Made by a program: the position numbers and the translations under genes | The notes under the pieces: generated by a model | Databases searched by the model: none | What the model was told of the DNA's origin: nothing | Seen by the model: the letters and a program-made list of their open reading frames with translations, nothing else | Assembly (NCBI RefSeq): GCF_004104415.1 | Contig: NZ_CP034669.1 | Source: Corallococcus coralloides | GTDB taxonomy: Bacteria; Myxococcota; Myxococcia; Myxococcales; Myxococcaceae | Length of the DNA stretch: 64,000 nucleotides | Direction: 5' to 3' (one strand) | Part shown: one piece after another, positions 37,514-45,447 of the stretch | How the letters are laid out: every line of letters starts with the position of its first letter | Numbering within the stretch: the stretch's first letter is position 1

Positions 37514-40500
37514 TCAGGGCACGTCCAGCGCGACGCCCTGGCCCGGGACGGCCATCACCCAGCGGACGACGTCCGGCTTGCCGCCGCAGGTGACGCGCAC
37601 CTCGAACTCGCGCCCCGCGGGCATCTGGCTGGACAGGGGCGTCTGGCCCTCCAGCACCTGCGAGCCCAGCGCCACGCGGCAGCCCTGGGCACCGGTGACG
37701 CTGAGCGTGCCCCGGGCATCCGCCTGGGGCGGGGCGTCCGCGAGCGTGCGCAGGTCGATGTGCTCCGACCGCGGCACCTTGCCGAAGCGGTGCAGCTTGC
37801 CGTCCACGGCCGTGGAGATGAGCCAGCCGGCGGTGCCCTCGGGCAGGCCCTGGCTCGCCTCCAGCCGGACGCCGGATACGTAGACGCGCTCACCCTCCTG
37901 GGCGTTGCGCACCTCCACGCCGCCCTTGGGCAGCAGGAACACCAGCGCGAGCCCCGCGAGCACCAGGCCCACGCCGCCCACGATGAGCCCCTTGCGCTGG
38001 CCGGGCGTCAGGCCCTTCCCCGTCGCTCCGGCGGCGGGCGCGGAAGCCGCGGGGGAGACCGCGTGGACGGGGGCCGGCGGCGCGGCCACGGGAGCCGCCG
38101 GAGGCCGCGCGGGAGGAGCCACGGGGGCCGTGACTGGCGGTGGCGGCGGAGCGGCCACGTGCGGCGGCGGCGGCGGGTGTCCCCCATAGGCCGCGTGGGT
38201 GCCCGTCGGCGGCGGCGCATGGTGCCCCAGCGGCGGCGGCTGTGGGGCGCTTCCCTGCGGCGCGTGGGCGGCAGCGTATTGCGCGTGGGTCCCCCCATGC
38301 GACGCAGGGGGCGGCGGCGGGGCCGCGGTCAGGGGGGCGACGGAGGGCACCGACACCGACGGGCGCGCGGGCCCCTGCGGCGGGGGCCCCACGCGCGTGG
38401 GCACGTTGGCGGACGCCGCGGGGCGCACCGCGGTGGGCGGCGGCAACGGCGACGTGGGCGAAGCCGCGGCCGGGCGCGACGGACGGGGCGCGGCCACCGG
38501 AGGCGCGGCGGCCACGGGCGGCGCGTTGACGGAGACGACCTCGGTTCCGCGCTCGGCGGGCTCCGGCGGGGAGGCCACCGGGGGCGGCTCCATCCGGGGC
38601 ATGCTGCCGGAGCCGCCGCGCACGGGCGGACGGGACAGGTCCGACGGGGCCCGCATGTCGCTGCCGGAGCCCGTGCCCAGGTTGCGCGAGTGCGAGCCCG
38701 TCCCCGGCATCAGCGCCCGGGGGTTGGAGCCCGTCCCCGAGCCGGCGATGGACGACGGCGCGTACTCGGAGAGCCGGTCGCCCAGCGCCTCCTTGAAGAA
38801 CTGCGCCACCGACGCGGGCGACGAGGACAGCCGGTGGTGCGCGATGACGGCTTCGATCTCCTCGCGCATCGCCGCCGCGGAGGGCGTGCGCCGCGCGGGG
38901 TCCTTCACCAGCGCGCGGAGGATGAGGTCCGACACGTCCTGCGGGATGTGGGGCCGCAGCTGCGAGGGCACCGGCGCGGGCTCGCGCACGATGGCCGCGA
39001 GCGTGGCCGCGTCATGGTCCCGGCGGAACGGCAGCTGGCCGGTGAGCAGCTCGAAGAGCACCACGCCCAGCGCGAACACGTCGTTGCGCCAGTCCAGCGG
39101 GCGGCCGCTGGCGGCCTCCGGGGAGAGGTACGAAATCTTCCCCTTGATGACGCCCGCCTGCGTGTGCTCCTCGCCCTGCACCTTGGCGATGCCGAAGTCC
39201 GACAGCTTGATGGCGCCGTCCAGCGACACCAGCACGTTGTGGGGGCTGACGTCGCGGTGCACCACCGGGTGCGCCGTGCCGGAAGGGTCCACGTAGCTGT
39301 GCGCGTAGTGCAGGCCCGCGGCCACCTCCGCCACGATGCGCAGCGCGTGCTCCAGCGGCAGCGCCATGCCCTTGCGGCGCAGCTCCGTGAGCAGGCGCTT
39401 CAGGTCCGGGCCGCGCACGTACTCCATCAGGATGTACGCCACGCCGTCCGTCACGCCCACGTCGAAGGTCTGCACGACGTTGGGGTGCGTGAGGCGCGCG
39501 TTGGCGCGGGCCTCCGCGAAGAGCATGTCGACGAACTCAGGATTCTCAGCGAACTGCGCGAGAATCTTCTTCATCACCACGAACTTCTCGAAGCCCTTCA
39601 CGCCCTGCTGCTTGGCGAGGAACACCTCCGCCATGCCGCCCTGCCCCAGCCGGCGGATGATCTGCAACCGGGCGCCGCTGGTGTGCGTGTCCGTGGCTGA
39701 CGAGCCCCGGGCGCCGGGGTCCGTGTTGGTGGAGCCGAAGAGGTACTGGCTGAGCGCGCGCTGCTCCAGCGCCTCGATGTCCTCCAGCGGCTTGTCGGTG
39801 AGCGGCGTGCGCGCGAGCAGCCCCTGGAACTGCGCGAGCGCCGGAGCCCGGGCGCTGCCGCCGCAGACGGGGCACACGCGCTCCATGGTGCCCTTGGCGC
39901 GCAGCACCTCCAGGTACTCGGAGGTCTGGATGCGCTGGTGGGTGACCTGACCGCAGTTGCGGCAGTCACACGGCAGCCACAGCGTGGCCAGCTTCGCCGG
40001 CAGCGCCTTGGTGGACTTCGCCAGCACGGCCAGAAGCGGCGGCGGCACGCGGCAGAGCACCACCTGGGCGCCCTGCGACGCCACCTCCAGCACCTGTTCG
40101 ATGCGCGGCAGCGCTTCCTGCTCCACCACGCTCACGTGGCAGCAGTCGAACGCGACGCGCCCCTCCAGGCCGGACGCCAGCCGGCGCACGTTGAGGTCGG
40201 CCTTGAGCGTGCTGGCCAGGGTGATGAAGGTGATGTCGTCCTGGACGATCTTCAGGTGCGACGCGAGCTCGGACGGCTCAGACGGGATGCCGGAGCGCAG
40301 GTAGCGCAGCACCGCCGGATCCACCGCGGAGAACTGCTGGCGGCGCGCGAAGTCGAAGAACTCCGTGGGCTCGTCCGCGAACTCCAGCGGCTGGGCGCAC
40401 ACCGGGCACTGGTGCGGCGGGGCCCCGCCCTGCTCCAGCACCTTCGCCTCCTCCACCAGGCGGACCAGCCGCAGCCGGTCCTCCTTGCAGAAGCGGCACG

Positions 40501-40825
40501 TGTACGGCGCCAGCAGCGAGAGCACGCGCGCGACGCCCGCGAAGCCCTCCACCATGTTGAGCTGATCCACCACCACCGGCGGCGCGTTGACGACGTACAG
40601 CCCCGACACGCCCTGCGGCGGGTGGCCGGCGAATTCGATCCACCGGCGCACGCCGAAGGAGCTGATGCGCTCCACCAGGCCCAGGTCCACCACCACCAGG
40701 CCCTGGAGGCTCTTGGAGGCTGGCGAGAGGGGGAAGGTTTCGTCGATCACCCCGGCCACGCGCACGTGGGTCAGACTGCCCACGCGCAGGGAGGTGATGC
40801 TGGCATTGGAAGTTTGGCTCTCCAC
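37514..40825 (-). CDS. Hanks-type Ser/Thr protein kinase with two N-terminal STAS-like domains and zinc ribbons, a TM helix, and C-terminal PEGA-like extracytoplasmic repeats
   Basis: Kinase motifs are GQGGMAEV, VMKK, HRDVSPHNVL, DFGIAK and SPE. STAS-like segments read VRVAGVIDETF...LVVVDLGLVERISSFGVRRW. CxxC pairs and a single TM are present. Confidence 0.9.
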   Translation of the reverse strand: MESQTSNASITSLRVGSLTHVRVAGVIDETFPLSPASKSLQGLVVVDLGLVERISSFGVRRWIEFAGHPPQGVSGLYVVNAPPVVVDQLNMVEGFAGVARVLSLLAPYTCRFCKEDRLRLVRLVEEAKVLEQGGAPPHQCPVCAQPLEFADEPTEFFDFARRQQFSAVDPAVLRYLRSGIPSEPSELASHLKIVQDDITFITLASTLKADLNVRRLASGLEGRVAFDCCHVSVVEQEALPRIEQVLEVASQGAQVVLCRVPPPLLAVLAKSTKALPAKLATLWLPCDCRNCGQVTHQRIQTSEYLEVLRAKGTMERVCPVCGGSARAPALAQFQGLLARTPLTDKPLEDIEALEQRALSQYLFGSTNTDPGARGSSATDTHTSGARLQIIRRLGQGGMAEVFLAKQQGVKGFEKFVVMKKILAQFAENPEFVDMLFAEARANARLTHPNVVQTFDVGVTDGVAYILMEYVRGPDLKRLLTELRRKGMALPLEHALRIVAEVAAGLHYAHSYVDPSGTAHPVVHRDVSPHNVLVSLDGAIKLSDFGIAKVQGEEHTQAGVIKGKISYLSPEAASGRPLDWRNDVFALGVVLFELLTGQLPFRRDHDAATLAAIVREPAPVPSQLRPHIPQDVSDLILRALVKDPARRTPSAAAMREEIEAVIAHHRLSSSPASVAQFFKEALGDRLSEYAPSSIAGSGTGSNPRALMPGTGSHSRNLGTGSGSDMRAPSDLSRPPVRGGSGSMPRMEPPPVASPPEPAERGTEVVSVNAPPVAAAPPVAAPRPSRPAAASPTSPLPPPTAVRPAASANVPTRVGPPPQGPARPSVSVPSVAPLTAAPPPPPASHGGTHAQYAAAHAPQGSAPQPPPLGHHAPPPTGTHAAYGGHPPPPPHVAAPPPPPVTAPVAPPARPPAAPVAAPPAPVHAVSPAASAPAAGATGKGLTPGQRKGLIVGGVGLVLAGLALVFLLPKGGVEVRNAQEGERVYVSGVRLEASQGLPEGTAGWLISTAVDGKLHRFGKVPRSEHIDLRTLADAPPQADARGTLSVTGAQGCRVALGSQVLEGQTPLSSQMPAGREFEVRVTCGGKPDVVRWVMAVPGQGVALDVP

Positions 40826-40829
40826 CCGC

Positions 40830-41672
40830 CTACCCTCGTTCCAGACTGAACAGCAGCGACTTGGGCTGCGCGGCCCGGCGGCGAGCGTCGCCCAGGTCCA
40901 CCCCGCAGGCGAACTGCGTGCGCTTTCCCGGAGTCACCCGCACCGCCACCACGTCGCTGTGCTCCAGGATGCGCCGCAGACCCAGGCCCGCGCCACCACC
41001 CGAAGCATCCACCTGCGCCTTCTCACCCCACGCCTTGACCACCCGCACCAACGGTGACACCGACAGGCGGCCGAAGCGGTCCGTCGCCTCCAGCCACGCC
41101 CTGCCGTCCGCCACCGCCCAGGACACCAGGCAGCGATCCTCCTCCGCCACCGACTGCACCTGGCCGCGCCGGTGGGCGTACTTCGGCTCGCCGCTCCCGT
41201 CCACTGGCGCGTCGAGCAGGGCGTTCACACCCATCTCATGGACGACATCCGCCACCCGGCTGGCCGCGCTCTTGGAGCCGCCAGCCTGGAGGACGGCCTC
41301 GGCCGCCCGCTCGCCCAGGGCCCTCACCTCCGCCACGCTGCCCAGCCACGCCACGGACGTGGCGGCCTCCTGGGGGATCAGGGGCTCGCCGCGGAGCAGC
41401 GCGCCGAGCAGCCGCGCCTCCCAGGCGGACGGCTGGCCGCCCTCGCGGGTGGCCAGGAGCAGCGCCGGGGAACGGCGTTCCAGGAGCGCGGCGTGGGCGG
41501 GGGTGAACCGCCCGTCGAACAGCACCAGCTGCGGCGCTGCGTCGTCACCGTGCCCCAACAACAGGCCGTCCCGGGCCAGCACTCCGGAGGCCTTCTCCAG
41601 CGCCTCCGGCGTGAGCGTCGTGTCCGGCGTCAACTTCAGGGGAGCATCCTTCACGGCGGCGACGGTATCCAA
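40830..41672 (-). CDS. RsbW/SpoIIAB-like GHKL ATPase (putative anti-sigma/partner-switching kinase) with unknown N-terminal domain
   Basis: The C-terminal half carries an N-box-like EMGVNALLDA and G-box-like DGSGEP and GAGLGL motifs. It ends 4 nt before the kinase start. Confidence 0.55.
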   Translation of the reverse strand: MDTVAAVKDAPLKLTPDTTLTPEALEKASGVLARDGLLLGHGDDAAPQLVLFDGRFTPAHAALLERRSPALLLATREGGQPSAWEARLLGALLRGEPLIPQEAATSVAWLGSVAEVRALGERAAEAVLQAGGSKSAASRVADVVHEMGVNALLDAPVDGSGEPKYAHRRGQVQSVAEEDRCLVSWAVADGRAWLEATDRFGRLSVSPLVRVVKAWGEKAQVDASGGGAGLGLRRILEHSDVVAVRVTPGKRTQFACGVDLGDARRRAAQPKSLLFSLERG

Positions 41673-41680
41673 ACAGGGCC

Positions 41681-44299
41681 CTAATAATGGAGCCGGACTT
41701 CGGTGAAGACGCCCAGCGGCGGGGCGGGGAAGCCGTGGGACTCTTCGTACTTGGCGTTGAAGAGGTTGGTCCCCAACAGCGACACCGCCACGCGCTCGTG
41801 GACGTTGAAGCCCACACGCGCGGTCGCGGTGATGTAGCTGGGCAGCTTCACGCGGGTGGTGGTGCCGGCGTTCTCGTCCACCACGAAGCCCGGATCATAC
41901 CGGGCGCCCACGAACAGGCCGTAGAGCTCCACGAAGGCGAACTTGCCGATGTTGGTGCGGCCGCGCAGGTAGACGCGGTGGGTGGGCGCGTAGTCCAGCG
42001 GGTAGCCGGCCCCGCCGCCCACCGGCAGCGCCTGGGCGTCCAGGAACTGGTAGGCCACGTCGAAGGACGAGTTGATGGACGGCACCTGCGCCGCGGCTTC
42101 CGCCTCGAAGCCCGCCACGCGCGCGTCACCCAGGTTCTTGAACTGGGACGTGGAGCCGAAGAGGAGCTCCTGATTGATGAAGTTGCGGGCGCGGTTGTAG
42201 AAGCCCGTGCCCGTCAGGCGCACCCTGCGGTCCAGCGGCCAGAAGTCCACCGCCGCCTCCACCGTGTCCAGCGTCTCCGCGCGCAGGCCCGGGTTGCCCA
42301 GGAGCGTCGCGGCGTACATCTGCTGGTTGATGGCCAGCTCCGCCAGCGTGGGCGCGCGGAAGGCGCGGCCGTAGTTGGTGCGCAGCGTGAGCAGCTCCGG
42401 GATGGCGTGGAACACGACGCTGGCGCGCGGGGACACCTGATCCGTCTTCGCCTCCCAGACCTTGGAGGGGATCTGGTAGTTGTCGTAGCGGGCGCCCGCG
42501 CCCACCACCAGCCGCTCCGTGATGCGGTACTCGGCGTCCACGAAGCCGCCCAGGATGGTCTGCTTCGTGTCGTCCAGGGTCAGGCCGGGCAGGATGTTCT
42601 GGTTGTTCACCTGGTCGGCCTTCACGTCGCCGCCGACGGTGACGGAGAGCTTGTCCAGGGAGAACAGCGCGCGCGCCTCACCGCCGATGCGGCTGCGCTT
42701 GCCCAGCGTGTCCTCCAGCGCGCCGGTGACTTCGTTCTCCAGCGTCACGTTGCGGCGCTTGAAGAACGTGTAGGCCTGGGCGAACACGCGCACGTGGTCC
42801 GTCACCTGCTGATCCAGCTGCAGGGCGGCGTTCAGGTTCTGGACGTGCTCGTTGTCCTGCGCGGTGTAGTGGCAGCGGCCGCAGTTGCCCACGGTGGAGA
42901 TGTTCTGGCCGCCGGGCCGGCCGATGTTGCCGTCCGTGAAGTCCGCGTCCAGCGCGAGGGGGCCCACGCGGACCTTGCCGTTCACCTGGTGGACCAGCGA
43001 GTCCTCGTTGGTGTCCGTCTGGTTCAGCTGCGGGTTGTTGAAGAGCTGCGGGCCGTCCGAGCCGAAGCCGTAGTAGCCGAGCAGCGCCTCCACCGGGCCG
43101 CCGCGGCCGGCGACGTTGGTCTGCAGGCGCCAGGTCTTGTCCTGGCCCGCGAGGATGCGCGCGTCGGCGCCCACGTTCTGGCCCTTGGCGATGAGGTCCG
43201 CGGGCTGGCGCTCGATGATGTTGATGACGCCGCTGAAGGCGTTGGAGCCGTAGAGCGAGGAGCCCGGGCCGCGAATCACCTCCACCTGCTTCAGGTTGGT
43301 GAGCGGCGTCGTCTCATCCGCGTAGAACTGGCCCGTCCACGGGTCCGTCAGCGGACGGCCGTCCTTGAGGAGCAGCAGGCGGTTGGACAGGTAGTTGGAG
43401 CCCAGGCCGCGCGCGCTCACCGCCGCCTTGCGCATGGAGCCCCGGCGGCACTCCATGCCGGGGAAGTACTGGATGGCCTCGCAGAGCGAGAACTGGCCGG
43501 TGCCTTCCAGTTCCTCCGCGGGAATCCAGGACACCGTGAGGGGCACGTCGGAGATGCGCTGGCTGCGCTTGGACGCCGTGGTGACCACGGCCTCGCTCAG
43601 CGCCATGTTGATGTTCTGCTCCAGGTCGTCGCCACCGACCAGGTCCGGGCCGTCCAGGCCGGAGAGGCTGGAGGGCGGCGGCAGCGCGCGGTCCGAGGCG
43701 GGCTCCGTGAAGGGCGCGCGGTCCGGGACGTTGTCCGCCGTGCGCGGCTGCGACGACGGCAGCAGCGCGCCGGTCCCCAGCGCCGGGGCGGGCGGCGGGT
43801 TGGACGGGATGTCCGACATCAGCGGCCCGTCATACGGCGACGGCGACGGCGAGGCGGGCGAGGCCACGGGCAACGGATCCGCGACGGACGGACCCGGGCC
43901 GGCCATGGGGGCGGGAGGCGCGGGCTGCGGCTCGGTGGCGAGCGCCGGCTCCTGCGGCGAGACGGGCTCGTCCACGGGAGCGGGCTCCACGTCCACCGGC
44001 GGGGGCGGCGGCTTCGCGCCCCGGCGCGTCTTCGCCGTGCGCGGAGGCTTCGTGCCCTTGGCGCCCGGGGTGCCCTTGGCGCCCGGCGTGGTCGCCGCGC
44101 GCTTGCGGGTGGCCTTGGTCCGCGTCTTGGGAGCGGGCTCCTGGGCCTCCTGGGCCTGGGCCGTCTCCACCGTGAAAAGGGACAGTGCGCAGACCACCAG
44201 GGTGAGGCACGCGCGCGCGCCCAGCCGACCGGCAAACCCCTTCACCGCGTTGGTGCGCGATCCACCGTACTCAGTCGAGTCCATCGTTCTCAATTCCAC
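41681..44299 (-). CDS. TonB-dependent receptor with long Pro/Ala-rich N-terminal extension
   Basis: A signal peptide ends in AQA. The plug region reads DVPLTV...RGLGSN...IRGPGSSLYGSNAFSGVINII. The beta-barrel ends in a C-terminal Tyr. Confidence 0.85.
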   Translation of the reverse strand: MELRTMDSTEYGGSRTNAVKGFAGRLGARACLTLVVCALSLFTVETAQAQEAQEPAPKTRTKATRKRAATTPGAKGTPGAKGTKPPRTAKTRRGAKPPPPPVDVEPAPVDEPVSPQEPALATEPQPAPPAPMAGPGPSVADPLPVASPASPSPSPYDGPLMSDIPSNPPPAPALGTGALLPSSQPRTADNVPDRAPFTEPASDRALPPPSSLSGLDGPDLVGGDDLEQNINMALSEAVVTTASKRSQRISDVPLTVSWIPAEELEGTGQFSLCEAIQYFPGMECRRGSMRKAAVSARGLGSNYLSNRLLLLKDGRPLTDPWTGQFYADETTPLTNLKQVEVIRGPGSSLYGSNAFSGVINIIERQPADLIAKGQNVGADARILAGQDKTWRLQTNVAGRGGPVEALLGYYGFGSDGPQLFNNPQLNQTDTNEDSLVHQVNGKVRVGPLALDADFTDGNIGRPGGQNISTVGNCGRCHYTAQDNEHVQNLNAALQLDQQVTDHVRVFAQAYTFFKRRNVTLENEVTGALEDTLGKRSRIGGEARALFSLDKLSVTVGGDVKADQVNNQNILPGLTLDDTKQTILGGFVDAEYRITERLVVGAGARYDNYQIPSKVWEAKTDQVSPRASVVFHAIPELLTLRTNYGRAFRAPTLAELAINQQMYAATLLGNPGLRAETLDTVEAAVDFWPLDRRVRLTGTGFYNRARNFINQELLFGSTSQFKNLGDARVAGFEAEAAAQVPSINSSFDVAYQFLDAQALPVGGGAGYPLDYAPTHRVYLRGRTNIGKFAFVELYGLFVGARYDPGFVVDENAGTTTRVKLPSYITATARVGFNVHERVAVSLLGTNLFNAKYEESHGFPAPPLGVFTEVRLHY

Positions 44300-44520
44300 G
44301 AAGGGGAAGCAGGAATGTCCGCGGTCGTTGCGCCGGGAACCAGAGCCGGTGTGACTGGCAATCGTTCTCAGGGGCGAGTTTCCACCCCTGAACGGTGGCG
44401 TTCCGCTCGACTTCTCAAATTACCGCAATAACTCGCCTTAGGCCAAGTCATGGCTGTCGATCCCGGTGAAACATGCGCACGGCGGCGGGGGCGCCGTGCG
44501 CGGATCAGCCCACGGCGCAA

Positions 44521-45447
44521 TCAGTCATCGGGCTGTTCGGCGGAGACGGCCAGGTCGTCCGCGAACGGCGGCAGGGCAGGACCCAGCGACTCGGATTGGA
44601 CGAGCACGGGCGTCTCCACCCGCAGGTCGGGGGTGTCCGCGAAGACGGGCTGGCGGCGCGGGGGGCCCTGGGTGACGAGCTTGCGGAAGTCCTCGAACTC
44701 GCGGCCCTGGATGCGGGCGAAGGCGTCGAACGGGGCGACCGCACCCACGGAGGACAGGGACTGGGACAACGCGTCTCCCCCGCCCTTCAGGTCCACCAGC
44801 ACGGCGCCCGGCACCCGGCTGCTCTTGAAGAGCACCCGCATGTCCCTGGGCACATGCGCCACCGGCACGAGCGCGGCCTCCGCGCCCCTGGCCTCCAGCA
44901 TCTTCACCGCCGACTCCACGTTGGGCACCGGCACCAGCTTGAAGTGCTTCTGGGCATCCAGGTCGCCGCCCAGCACGACGTGGGAGACGAACTTGGGGTC
45001 CGCGGAGCCCGCGCCCTTGACCAGCGCCATGCGCTTGCCGGCGAGGTCCTTCACGGTGCCCTTCTGGAGGGAGATGATGGCCCAGCGCTGCTGCGTCTCA
45101 CCGGCGCGCGGCGCGTACGCCACCGGCTGCGCCTTGGAGCCCAGCTGCACCGCGGCCCAGCCGTCCACCACGGCGAAGTCGATCTGCCCCTCCCCCACCG
45201 CCTTGGAGAAGTCCTCGTAGCGGCCGAAGCTCTTGGCGCCCACGGGGCGTCCCAGGCGGGCCTCCAGCTTCTGGGCGAGCGCCTCCGCGTACTGGAAGCG
45301 CTCCTGGCCATCCGACAGCGTGGTGGCGAGGAACACGCCCAGCGTGGCCTTCTTCGGCGCGGCGGACGCGGGGCTGGCAACGGAAACGGCGAACAGCGCG
45401 GCGGCGAGCAGGAGGCTCCCCCGCGCGACAAGGGATGGCGTCTTCAC
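44521..45447 (-). CDS. PhnD/SsuA-like periplasmic substrate-binding protein (orphan)
   Basis: A signal peptide ends in ASAA. It has a type-2 periplasmic-binding-protein fold (TIGR01098-like). No permease or ATPase is nearby. Confidence 0.65.
   Translation of the reverse strand: MKTPSLVARGSLLLAAALFAVSVASPASAAPKKATLGVFLATTLSDGQERFQYAEALAQKLEARLGRPVGAKSFGRYEDFSKAVGEGQIDFAVVDGWAAVQLGSKAQPVAYAPRAGETQQRWAIISLQKGTVKDLAGKRMALVKGAGSADPKFVSHVVLGGDLDAQKHFKLVPVPNVESAVKMLEARGAEAALVPVAHVPRDMRVLFKSSRVPGAVLVDLKGGGDALSQSLSSVGAVAPFDAFARIQGREFEDFRKLVTQGPPRRQPVFADTPDLRVETPVLVQSESLGPALPPFADDLAVSAEQPDD

Noticed and set aside
37760-39700. 646-aa + ORF antisense to the Ser/Thr kinase
   Set aside because: It has Arg/Gly-rich low complexity. 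The kinase motifs are on the minus strand.
41687-44431. 914-aa + ORF antisense to the TonB-dependent receptor
   Set aside because: It is a shadow ORF. The TonB-dependent receptor plug and barrel motifs are on the minus strand.
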